Below are positions 1 through 8,706 of a stretch of DNA of 31,854 nt, piece after piece (the first letter of the stretch is position 1; every line of letters starts with the position of its first letter). A program made the translations under genes and the position numbers. The notes beneath the pieces are model-generated. The model saw only the letters and a list, made by a program, of their open reading frames with translations. It made no database searches and was not told the origin of the DNA. This stretch comes from Spirochaetota bacterium (GTDB lineage: Bacteria > Spirochaetota > UBA4802 > UBA5550), in contig JBNKTL010000056.1 of the NCBI GenBank assembly GCA_050298055.1, positions 1 through 31,854 of the forward strand, in the 5' to 3' direction.

Positions 1-304
1 GTTTCGTGGTCGCACCTGTATCAGGTTATCCATCGGCTCAACCTCTGTATAATCAACCTATCAATCAACAAGCCCGGGAAAAGAGCCTGGAACTGATACG
101 GTATTGCAAACTTTATCACTCCAGAACTCTATCCCCGGTGCGAATGCAAGCAATTCTTTTAACATAATACTCATTTTCTGCATGCTGAACTATTTGTACT
201 AATCGTGCTCGATGACGGCATCATCGCAGTACGTCGATGCCCTGATAATATCATGTCCCGAGATTAGCGGATGGCTCGCAATACAACACAAACTTTTTTT
301 CTCA

Positions 305-2593
305 TTATGCTTTAGAAATTTTACATAAACCGCTTTTCAATGATTCGGAACCGGTATCCGGATCATATTCCATGTCACCGTAAAGCATATTTATATTCGA
401 TTTCTTCCACCCATACTCAGGCGCGTCATCCTCAGGAAACCACCAGGCATGCTGCGCGCACACAACATCCTTTGTCAATCCATCAAATAGTTTCGCCTTC
501 ATCTGGATTTTCCCATGGGGGGTTTCAATAGTCACCCAATCACCGTCTTCGATTGACAATCCGGCGGCTGTTTCCGGATGTATTTCCACCAGGGGATCTG
601 GATTTCTTTTTCTGAGAGAGTCAATATTGCGAAACTCACCATGGAAGAAATATCTTACCCGTGCACCCCCTATGAGAGTCAACGGATACTGCTTTGCCAG
701 CTCAGGGGTCGACACATGTGAAACCGGAGGTTCCCGAAAAACAGGAAGGGGGGATACCCCTTGTTTCTCAAGTGACTGGGAAAAAATTTCAAATTTTCCC
801 GATTTTGTCAAGAAGCCGTCTTTTTCATACTTCCGGTAGGACATATTTCCTGTGAGGATCCCCTTTTCGCAGAATTCCTCAAAACTCAAACCGGTATTTT
901 CAAGCTGCCAATCAAGCACCTCATCATAGTCTTTCCAGGGAAAAGCATCATTCAGTCCAAGACGTCTGGCTACCTGGATCATGACTTCCCGGTCATCTTT
1001 CGTATCGCCAACCTGGGCCACTTTTTGCTGCGCAAGTACACACCAGTTTTTATGCAGATTCACAACGTCATTTCTTTCAAGCCAGGTAGAAGCAGGAAGA
1101 AAGATGTCAGCATATTGAGCTGTTGGGGTCATAAAGAAATCTGAAACTATGGTAAACTCAAGTTTCTCAAGGGCTTTTTGAACCGTCAGCGGATCTGTTA
1201 TGGTCACCAGGGGATTCGATCCCATAATCCATACTGACCGCATTCTGTAAGGGTCTCCCGATGCAATGGATTGCCAAAATGACGGAGCATGGGTGATCAT
1301 GCACATGGGATATTTCGGGCCCCGCAGCTGGTTGATTTGACTGTAAGAGATGCCGAAGGGCTCACTGGCAATTTTCTTTTCAAGAAAAGGATAGAATCGC
1401 TCTTTAACAATGTTAATCAGCTTCAGCAAGGTATCTTCGAGTTTTAAGCGCAGGGGACTGATTTTTGGAGAAAATCTTATGCCATCCACAGCCACCCTGG
1501 TCTTTTGCAGCGGGAGATACATGTTCCCGGCAAATGGAGGATACGCGAAAATTGATTTAAGTCGTACTCCTTCAGGTGGAACCCAAAAAACATCACCTCC
1601 TGGCGCATCCAGGTGACCGGTTACAGCCATGAGAATCATTATTGCCCGGGCTGTCTGGAAATTGCACATACTCATATCAAGGGCGTTTCCCCATTGAATA
1701 CAGGACACCTTCGCGCCGGCATACACACGGGCTACTTCCCTGATATCCGCCGCGGGAATCCGGGTGATTGATTCGGCCCATTCCGGCGTAAAAGCTTTTA
1801 CATGTTCCGTAAGTTCCTCGAAACCCACTGTATAGTTTTCCACAAAATTATTATCATAAAGATTTTCAGACACTATTACATGTAGCATCGCCAGGGCGAG
1901 GGCCCCGTCTGTCCCCGGTCTGATCTGAAGCCAATGATCAGCATTTTTTGCCGGGTCGATTTTTCTCGGATCTATTACAATAACTTTTTTCGCGTTTTTG
2001 ATAGCGCGCTGAACCGTGCCGCCACACATGCCGTCGGAAGCGCCGGCATGAGTAATATTGCATCCCCAGATCACAATACATTCGGGATTTTCCCCGCCAA
2101 ACCCGTAAAGGTCACAAACCGGAATATTATTCCCTGTTGTAATGTAACTGGCTGCAACCCTCGGCGCGTAGCAGATATGAGCGACACCTGTACTATTGGG
2201 CGATCCAAAAGCATTTGTAAAACGCTGGGTGAATCCGGTATAAGGCCTGCCTGTTCCCTGTGTGATACCAAAATATTCGGGGCCTGATTCTTTTTTTATC
2301 TTCCCCAGTTTTTCAGCGATTTCATCATAGGCCTCTTCCCATGAGATGGGTTCCCATTTATTTTCTCCCCGTTTACCCGCGCGGCGGAGAGGAGTTGTAA
2401 TACGCTCGGGATGATAGAGAAGTTCGGGGGATGCCGCGCCTTTTGAGCAGAGATACCCGCGGCTGGTGGGACTATCCTTATCCCCGGTAATTTTTACCAC
2501 ACGATCTCCTTCCAAATGCACAAGGACCTGGCAGACTCCATGGCACATGCGGCAGGCACTTTTTACTACTCTTTTGTTATTTGAATTAGACAT
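305..2593 (-). CDS. Molybdopterin (Mo/W-bis-PGD) oxidoreductase, DMSO reductase superfamily, acetylene hydratase-like subfamily; no TAT signal, probably cytoplasmic
   Basis: N-terminal [4Fe-4S] motif CRMCHGVC...C-x-KG; ERITTPLRRAGKRGENKWEPISWEEA; probable metal-ligand Cys in HICYAPR; DFFMTPTAQYADIFLPA; C-terminal dinucleotide-binding domain ending WWFPE...SNIN...YDP..G...LCKI. Confidence 0.9.
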   Translation of the reverse strand: MSNSNNKRVVKSACRMCHGVCQVLVHLEGDRVVKITGDKDSPTSRGYLCSKGAASPELLYHPERITTPLRRAGKRGENKWEPISWEEAYDEIAEKLGKIKKESGPEYFGITQGTGRPYTGFTQRFTNAFGSPNSTGVAHICYAPRVAASYITTGNNIPVCDLYGFGGENPECIVIWGCNITHAGASDGMCGGTVQRAIKNAKKVIVIDPRKIDPAKNADHWLQIRPGTDGALALAMLHVIVSENLYDNNFVENYTVGFEELTEHVKAFTPEWAESITRIPAADIREVARVYAGAKVSCIQWGNALDMSMCNFQTARAIMILMAVTGHLDAPGGDVFWVPPEGVRLKSIFAYPPFAGNMYLPLQKTRVAVDGIRFSPKISPLRLKLEDTLLKLINIVKERFYPFLEKKIASEPFGISYSQINQLRGPKYPMCMITHAPSFWQSIASGDPYRMRSVWIMGSNPLVTITDPLTVQKALEKLEFTIVSDFFMTPTAQYADIFLPASTWLERNDVVNLHKNWCVLAQQKVAQVGDTKDDREVMIQVARRLGLNDAFPWKDYDEVLDWQLENTGLSFEEFCEKGILTGNMSYRKYEKDGFLTKSGKFEIFSQSLEKQGVSPLPVFREPPVSHVSTPELAKQYPLTLIGGARVRYFFHGEFRNIDSLRKRNPDPLVEIHPETAAGLSIEDGDWVTIETPHGKIQMKAKLFDGLTKDVVCAQHAWWFPEDDAPEYGWKKSNINMLYGDMEYDPDTGSESLKSGLCKISKA

Positions 2594-2621
2594 ATATATT
2601 ATCCTGTAAACTTGTTGAACA

Positions 2622-2673
2622 TAAAGCCCCTGTCAAAAGCATATTTTATGGAATGCTCTTAACAGGGGCTTTA
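2622..2673 (-). terminator. Imperfect ~21-bp stem-loop directly after the FadL-like gene (terminator or mRNA-stabilising hairpin)
   Basis: taaagcccctgt(caaaagcat) ... (atgctctta)acaggggcttta inverted repeat; only a short U tract follows on the - strand. Confidence 0.65.
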
Positions 2674-2677
2674 AAAA

Positions 2678-3847
2678 TTAAATCTTGTACTCTACTCCAA
2701 TTGCGATGTCAGATACATCGCGCTTATATGTGACTGTTCCGGTAGCTTCTTCCTGATCTTTATAGAAAACATGGGAGAAACCGGCATTTACTGCCAGGTT
2801 GGGCATAATATCAAAACGAACGCCAAAACCTACGCCATGGGAGTCGAGATTAATTTCAAAGTCATTAACAGTATCTTCGTTTGACCCCATCTTAGTGTAC
2901 CTGTAACCTGCGCTCACCAGCAGTGTCGGCATGACATTGTAGGACACGCATAAACCGGCTTCCCAGCCATTGTCGTATTTATTTTCATCAGTCCCATTAA
3001 CGTCCTCAATGGTTATGGACTTCAGGAAGTAATACTGAAAATCTGCCCCTACCATGAGGTCAGGCATAACCTTGTATGTTATACCAATTGCTGCAATTGC
3101 AGGAAGGTCGGCTTTCGTGGTTTTTCCATCTTCATATCCAGCCATGGCACCAAAAGTAGGACCGGCAGGACCGCTGATGGAATTGTCCCACTCGAGCTTG
3201 GTAATTGTCTCATAGCGGAGCCCTATGTTGATTGCCGGCATCGGTCTAACATTCAGGCCAATAATGCCGGTATACCCCGTTGCATCAAGAGCGACTTCAC
3301 CGCTTCCGAGGACGGTGTCTGCCTTAATCTCTTTTGATCCTTTGACCAGTCTTGCAGTTAGCGCGACAGAAAACATATCATTGATTGCATAGGCACCACC
3401 AAGGGCAAACCCGAGGAACATGGAAGTCATCTCCGCGGAATTAATGAGCGGACTAAAGGCTATCCCATCCTCATATTTAACTGTTCCCCCACCGCCAATA
3501 CCACCAGCCGTTGCATAGACGGCTATCCGGTCCTGACTCCACACTCCGGCAAAATTCGGGACGAGATAAGAGGGTTCCGTCGACTCGAATTTATCCGCAT
3601 CCGTTTCCATCGTTAAAGTCTTGAATACGAACTGGTTGTCCAGGTTTAAATAGATCCCGTCCTGGAGAAACGTAAGGCCTGCGGGATTGTACACCGCGCC
3701 ATCAGCAGAATCTGTGGCTCCGTTCCTGTTAAGTGACCGGACGAACTCAGCGCTCTGATTACTGAGATAATCAATGCTTCCTGCCAACAGGTCAGTGCTA
3801 ATGACAAAAAGCCCCATCATCACCAGAATTATAAAACTCTTCTTCAT
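2678..3847 (-). CDS. FadL/OmpP1/TodX-family outer-membrane transporter for hydrophobic compounds
   Basis: Signal peptide MKKSFIILVMMGLFVISTDLLA; start at 3847 with GGAGG RBS at 3854-3858; hatch motif DGAVYNPAGL; alternating beta-strands; C-terminal VEYKI barrel signature. Confidence 0.85.
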   Translation of the reverse strand: MKKSFIILVMMGLFVISTDLLAGSIDYLSNQSAEFVRSLNRNGATDSADGAVYNPAGLTFLQDGIYLNLDNQFVFKTLTMETDADKFESTEPSYLVPNFAGVWSQDRIAVYATAGGIGGGGTVKYEDGIAFSPLINSAEMTSMFLGFALGGAYAINDMFSVALTARLVKGSKEIKADTVLGSGEVALDATGYTGIIGLNVRPMPAINIGLRYETITKLEWDNSISGPAGPTFGAMAGYEDGKTTKADLPAIAAIGITYKVMPDLMVGADFQYYFLKSITIEDVNGTDENKYDNGWEAGLCVSYNVMPTLLVSAGYRYTKMGSNEDTVNDFEINLDSHGVGFGVRFDIMPNLAVNAGFSHVFYKDQEEATGTVTYKRDVSDIAIGVEYKI

Positions 3848-4341
3848 AAAAAACCTCCAATTTTTTTTAATTAAACAGTGCATTCGCGAAATTTAACATC
3901 AGGTAGAACCATTTTATATATTTCTGGTACAATACATACTATTACCGTTTTATAGCGTCAATCTATTAATTCATAAAATAATATTTTTTTTATTTATGCG
4001 GATTACCCGTAATCGATTTTTTCTCATACAATAGGGAATATTTATCAAATCATGGCTGGCGGGTATAAGCGAGGATAGAAGTGAGGAAAATTCAATATTA
4101 AGCGGTTCAAAATAACTTGGGTAAACGATATAATTTTCAGCAAAATTGCTTATATGATTTAATAAACCATAATAACTTTATTGGTTTTTTATGCATTTAT
4201 TTCATGAAACCATTATTTACCATGGTGAATGAATTTTACCGGTATCGACCGTAAAAATCTCACCATGTATCGAATTTTAATGAATTTTTAAAAATGGTTG
4301 AGGAAACACCCGGGTAAATAAAAAAACAATAGAGTGAAATA

Positions 4342-5238
4342 TCATCTCCAGAGCTTTCTGCATCTCCGGCATAAATCATTTACAACGTCATTCTGTATGA
4401 ACTGGATCCTGAGATCTGCCAGCAGTTTTCCGGTCCAGATATCAGCAAGAGTCTGGGTGTTCATATTACCCAGAATATATCGACCGTTATAATCAAAGCA
4501 GCAGGGAACTGCATTTCCGTTCCATAATATCGTAATTGAACCAAAAGGGAAACTGCATGTTATTTTTTCTGATGCCGAATCACCTTCAGGAGCAATGGCG
4601 TTTATTTCCTCGCAAGAACCGTCCCAGGTTATAAATTTCTTTACCAGGAATTCGTCAATACCTTCAAGCGATTGCCAGTAATCCCTGGTTGAGTTTACGC
4701 TTTCACTGTTCATATCAAAATCTATCATTGATAGTGTAATTCTGGATTTGCTGTGATATTTCTTTTTCTTTTCAAGAAATGATATCAGCCTGTTTTTTGA
4801 TATATGATAAATATTTTTAACACCGCGTATCTTTTCAAATGAATCATCGTCATGTCCGTCGAGAGATAGACAGATTATCTTCGGTGATGATTTAATCAGT
4901 TTTTCTGATCTCATATCATCGAGCATATACGGATTTATAGAGAGACCTGTGTAAAGCCCCCGCATTCCAGCATATTCAATACACTGGTCGAATTCAGGGT
5001 GCAGCAGGCTTTCGCCGAAACCATGAAGCCACACGACTTTGTTTTCTCTATAATCAGGGTTCAGCTCTACCAGTTCGTCTACAATTTTTCTGAAGAGAGC
5101 GAATTCCATGAAGCCAGATTCTCTTGTCATGTGATTTGTACGGGGGCACATAATGCATTTCATCGGGCAATTATTTGTCAACTCAATGTTGAATATTCCC
5201 GGCAGCATCAATGTATTATTCGTTGGCAAATTGCTCAT
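4342..5238 (-). CDS. Radical SAM protein with C-terminal SPASM/twitch domain
   Basis: IELTNNCPMKCIMCPR (CxxxCxxC); HGFGESLLHP; C-terminal CSFPF..I.WNG..VPCCFD...LGN...IW...CRRC. Confidence 0.92.
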   Translation of the reverse strand: MSNLPTNNTLMLPGIFNIELTNNCPMKCIMCPRTNHMTRESGFMEFALFRKIVDELVELNPDYRENKVVWLHGFGESLLHPEFDQCIEYAGMRGLYTGLSINPYMLDDMRSEKLIKSSPKIICLSLDGHDDDSFEKIRGVKNIYHISKNRLISFLEKKKKYHSKSRITLSMIDFDMNSESVNSTRDYWQSLEGIDEFLVKKFITWDGSCEEINAIAPEGDSASEKITCSFPFGSITILWNGNAVPCCFDYNGRYILGNMNTQTLADIWTGKLLADLRIQFIQNDVVNDLCRRCRKLWR

Positions 5239-5247
5239 AATTTTTCT

Positions 5248-5382
5248 TTATTTTTGCACATTACATGTCCATGTTAGTGCAGGTTTTTTATACGTTTCTC
5301 TCTTATATTCAGCATAAATTAAGGGGTTGGTGATATTATGAGACTGCTCCAGGTTTGCATCTTGATTTTGATCTAACTCCAT
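5248..5382 (-). CDS. Unannotated 44-aa small ORF (MELDQNQDANLEQSHNITNPLIYAEYKRETYKKPALTWTCNVQK), candidate RiPP precursor
   Basis: Translated by hand; AGGAG RBS at 5389-5393, 6 nt before the ATG; stop 9 nt upstream of the rSAM start; contains YKKPAL (YxxPxL). Confidence 0.55.
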   Translation of the reverse strand: MELDQNQDANLEQSHNITNPLIYAEYKRETYKKPALTWTCNVQK

Positions 5383-5442
5383 GCAATACTCCTGGCAATT
5401 CTAAATTTACTCTGGCGCCCATCTCTTGGTTTTTACTATACT

Positions 5443-5474
5443 AAAAAAAAGGCCGGCCTTAAATGAGGCCGGCC
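5443..5474 (-). terminator. Rho-independent terminator
   Basis: GC stem ggccggcct/aggccggcc followed by T8 on the - strand. Confidence 0.8.
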
Positions 5475-5800
5475 CTGGCTATAGAAAAAACTCTATCAAG
5501 TTAAGAATTTACCAATCGCATCTATCCCCTTCTACCCGGTCATGAACATGCACATTTCCCAGGGGAACAATTAATTTCTTCCCATTCAACGCTTTTTTTA
5601 CCGATTTTGTACCGACCATTATCACCATCACTGCCCAATCAATCTTTGTACAGCATTTGAACAGAACAATGACTGATAAAAAACGTTATGCCGGGAGTAG
5701 CATAGCCCCGGATTGGCATTATTAAAAAATCCAATTAGAGGTAAACTCTATAATACTATTATTTACCGTTCTATTGAGTCAAGTATTTTAATGCCCTTCA

Positions 5801-6046
5801 GAGATCTTTTTTGAAGCCGGCGCGGTTATCAATATTTTTTCTACCATCACCGAGTATTATTTCAACGGTGAAGGAGGTACCTCGCTCCAGGACCGCTTTA
5901 TTGAATCGGTTATCCTCACGGCCATGGAGTATGGGAAAAGATCCGTTGAGAACGACAGTGACCTGGAAGCACAAGCACAGCTGCAACGGGCTTCAATTGT
6001 CGCATTGAACATATAGGTGAAACTGGGGACCAATGCCCCCGCCTGA
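5801..6046 (+). pseudogene. Internal fragment of an iron-containing alcohol dehydrogenase (BdhA/YqhD-like)
   Basis: Frame missing from the ORF track reads ...FSTITEYYFNGEGGTSLQDRFIESVILTAMEYGKRSVENDSDLEAQAQLQRASIVALNI*VKLGTNAPA*, matching the E-Y...QDRF.E...A.+..A...ALN region of Fe-ADHs; no start codon, internal TAG at 6014-6016. Confidence 0.7.
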
Positions 6047-6061
6047 TTATCAGAAGTCGGT

Positions 6062-6782
6062 TTGGGAGAGAACCTGCTGGAACAGGTGGTGAGTGATTTG
6101 TTTACAAAAGACAGGTATTTAATTAGATTAAGTTGTTCATTAATGTTGAAGGAATTCTTTCAAGATATTCCAGTTGAAAACATCAATAAAATCATGATTC
6201 AAAAATATACTGTATGGCGTAGGGAGAATCCTGTTAGATCAAGTAAAAAACAGGTATCTGATGCTACAATTAACCGGGACATCAGTGTCCTTTCTCATTT
6301 TTTCAATTACTGTAGAGATGTAAATTATTATACTCAAGCTAATCCCACAAGAGGGAACCTATCCAAATCACAGACAATTTTAAACAATTGTTATTACGGT
6401 ATAGGTCAAATTCATTCAAACTTTACTTCAACGAGAATAATGATCTGAAGGATTATGTTTTATCGAACAAAGGTCACCCACTATCCCTCTAAAACCATGG
6501 GGATTAAATCTGTTGAGATACTGGTGGGAACAATTGAGAGATCAGTTGGACTTCGATGTCTACAACTATGACACAAAAGAGAAGATCGATCTAAGATTTC
6601 ACAATCTTCGACATGTTTGTGCTATACAGTGGTTACGGCAGGGTGCTACACTGGCTTTTGTGAAAAAGCAGTTAGGACATACCGATATAAAAACTACAAT
6701 GAGATATGCAAACATCCTCGGAGTACTACCTCAAGAACAGGTTGATAAGTTGGGAGAAATAATCCGTAGGGAATGTGCATAG
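6062..6782 (+). pseudogene. Degraded tyrosine recombinase/phage integrase
   Basis: 5' part has core-binding-type SDATINRDISVLSHFFNY...NP; 3' part has LRFHNLRH...LGHTDIKTTMRYA (HxxR, H, catalytic Y); the two parts are in different frames, the box I Arg region is not recognisable, and the locus abuts a tRNA 3' end. Confidence 0.85.
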
Positions 6783-6828
6783 TGTGTTATATTGAAGAAA
6801 AGTGTGTGAAAGCCGATTGCAAAATTAC

Positions 6829-6867
6829 AAAAAAAAAGTCCTTAGTTATTTACATTAAACAAGGACT
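6829..6867 (-). terminator. Probable terminator of the tRNA operon
   Basis: agtcctt...aaggact stem followed by a long T run on the - strand, ~35 nt downstream of tRNA-Arg. Confidence 0.6.
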
Positions 6868-6901
6868 GTGCACAAAAGTACTCAATTTCGGAAAATATAA
6901 G

Positions 6902-6975
6902 CACGCCTGACAGGATTCGAACCTGTGACCTACGGATTAGAAATCCGTTGCTCTATCCAGCTGAGCTACAGGCGC
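6902..6975 (-). tRNA. tRNA-Arg (anticodon TCT), CCA not encoded
   Basis: GCGCCTGTAGCTCAGCTGGATAGAGCA-ACGGA-TTTCTAA-TCCGT-AGGTCACAGGTTCGAATCCTGTCAGGCGTG folds as a cloverleaf. Confidence 0.97.
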
Positions 6976-6987
6976 ATTGGATACAAT

Positions 6988-7061
6988 TCGGGGCGAGAGG
7001 ATTCGAACCTCCGACACCATGGTCCCAAACCATGTGCGCTACCGGACTGCGCCACGCCCCG
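6988..7061 (-). tRNA. tRNA-Pro (anticodon TGG), CCA not encoded
   Basis: CGGGGCGTGGCGCAGTCCGGTAGCGCA-CATGG-TTTGGGA-CCATG-GTGTCGGAGGTTCGAATCCTCTCGCCCCGA folds as a cloverleaf. Confidence 0.97.
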
Positions 7062-7072
7062 TCAAAAAAATC

Positions 7073-7101
7073 AAACTAATTCCACACACACTCTGTGTCA
7101 A
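7073..7101 (-). promoter_or_regulatory. Sigma70-type promoter for the tRNA-Pro/tRNA-Arg operon
   Basis: TTGACA-17 nt-TAGTTT, 11 nt upstream of tRNA-Pro. Confidence 0.7.
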
Positions 7102-7271
7102 TTTTTTTATAACATCCCTGTTAAAAAATAAAACATGAAATAACTGGGTAACGGCCATAAGATTTTACCCGAACATTACAGTCTGATTGGCTTTTTTTTG
7201 GTGTATTTTTTAAAATTAATTGACATATACAGATTATGGAGTATTAGTCATTCCCATCTCGGGAGAAAATC

Positions 7272-7787
7272 ATGAAATTAATTGGATTGAGGACTGCAAC
7301 TGCCGTATTGCTGTGTATAATTGTCACAGCCTTTTCAGAAAAAACCATTATGGCCCATGGCGGTTATACCACTCCTTTCGCAGGTGTCGGGTTCTCTTAT
7401 GATTATTCATGGGATAAAAACGATAACGACCAGACAGGATATATTACCGCAAAATACGGGGCATATTCATTTTTCTCACACTTTCTTACCGTGGATGTTG
7501 GCCGCAGGATCAAAGATAAAGAGCTTGTTTACAGGATCGGGGGCGAGGCATATATCGGACCGGGTGTACTTGGCATCCACGCGGGAATAAGCAACAAGTA
7601 TGAGATGGGGAGCGGAGATTTTACCAATGGTAAGAGCATATCCTACGGGGTTACATCAGCACTTCTCTTTAACCCGTCACTCTTTGTCATAGCCGGGCAG
7701 GAGAAGATCAATAACAATACCCATGAGAATTTTATAAGGGCAAGCCTGATGTACAATTTCAGAACCGGGATAAAATTCAGATACTGA
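7272..7787 (+). CDS. Hypothetical exported protein, possibly a small outer-membrane beta-barrel
   Basis: Signal-like N-terminus, GGAG RBS, Gly/aromatic alternating strands, aromatic C-terminus. Confidence 0.6.
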   Translation: MKLIGLRTATAVLLCIIVTAFSEKTIMAHGGYTTPFAGVGFSYDYSWDKNDNDQTGYITAKYGAYSFFSHFLTVDVGRRIKDKELVYRIGGEAYIGPGVLGIHAGISNKYEMGSGDFTNGKSISYGVTSALLFNPSLFVIAGQEKINNNTHENFIRASLMYNFRTGIKFRY

Positions 7788-7898
7788 TTTTAGAGAGAAG
7801 ATACTGAAATCAGATTTATTTTTACTTCACGCTTTTATATTGACAAATTAAAGAAAAAGTGGATAGATAAAGTGAACTATTCTTTATACGGAGCATCT

Positions 7899-8243
7899 AT
7901 GAATAACCTGGAACTGCACTCAGAAAGGCATGGTGATATTATACTTATAAAGCTCACGGGCAGTCTGGACACAGTAACTGCATCCGATTTCAGCAAGCTG
8001 CTTAAACAGGAAATTGCCGATGGATCCCGTAAGTTTATCTGCAACCTGGAAGAGCTGGAGTATATTGCAAGTGCCGGTCTCGGGGTATTCATCAGTACAA
8101 ATGAATCACTGAGAAATGACGGTGGTGAAATCAGGATCTCATCGATAAATAAAAAGATTTATAACATTCTTAATATCCTCGGTTTTATAGATTTCTTCAT
8201 TGTTTTTGAGAGTGATGAAAAGGCAATTGAATCGTTTCAATGA
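7899..8243 (+). CDS. Anti-sigma factor antagonist (STAS; RsbV/SpoIIAA family)
   Basis: L.GSLD..TA..F; YIASAGLG phosphoserine motif; ATG at 7899 with GGAG RBS. Confidence 0.92.
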   Translation: MNNLELHSERHGDIILIKLTGSLDTVTASDFSKLLKQEIADGSRKFICNLEELEYIASAGLGVFISTNESLRNDGGEIRISSINKKIYNILNILGFIDFFIVFESDEKAIESFQ

Positions 8244-8701
8244 AAAAAGTCTCAATTACAACAGAGTATAGGGGAAACACCATAAAGATGAAAATTCCGA
8301 GGAACAGCCGTGTACTGGAAATCATGAGGAAAAAAGTCACTGATTTCCTGAAGAAAAAAAACATCGATTACGAAATTTCATCACATGTTGAACTTGCAGT
8401 ATATGAAGCAGCCGCAAATATCATTAACTATACCTCCAGGGAATACCACAGCAGGGAAATAAACATGCAGCTTACGCTCTTTAAAGAACATTTGGAAATC
8501 GATATCACGGATTACGGAAGCAGCTTTGACCTTACAAAGGCAGAGATGCCCGATATTAAGAAGCATTTCATCTCCGGTGAGAGACATGGCCTCGGAATAT
8601 ACATTATCAGGACTCTCATGGATAAGGTTGAGTATTCATACCGGAACAACACCAATTATCTTAAACTGGTAAAAAACCTGGCAGGGAAAGTTGAGCATTA
8701 A
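8240..8701 (+). CDS. Anti-sigma factor/Ser kinase (RsbW/SpoIIAB-like HATPase_c)
   Basis: ELAVYEAAANII, DYG..FD, GLGIYIIRTLMDKVEY; ATGA overlap with the upstream gene. Confidence 0.92.
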   Translation: MKKVSITTEYRGNTIKMKIPRNSRVLEIMRKKVTDFLKKKNIDYEISSHVELAVYEAAANIINYTSREYHSREINMQLTLFKEHLEIDITDYGSSFDLTKAEMPDIKKHFISGERHGLGIYIIRTLMDKVEYSYRNNTNYLKLVKNLAGKVEH

Positions 8702-8706
8702 GAAGG

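Noticed and set aside
1..300. Possible gene end and small inverted repeats (ggcatc...gatgcc) at the window start
   Set aside because: Frames are short and unrecognisable, and the stems are too short to support a call
5639..5641. In-frame TGA in MPIRGY...YKD*LGSDG... as possible selenocysteine
   Set aside because: No recognisable selenoprotein context or SECIS-like hairpin
5798..6008. ORF-track entries 5798-5986(-) and 5811-6008(+)
   Set aside because: Shadow frames of the Fe-ADH fragment, which lies in a different + frame
1..6900. Second att copy of the tRNA-Arg 3' end
   Set aside because: No convincing repeat found by eye within the window
6925..7131. 68-aa ORF MTYGLEIRCSIQLSY...
   Set aside because: Antisense translation of the two tRNA genes
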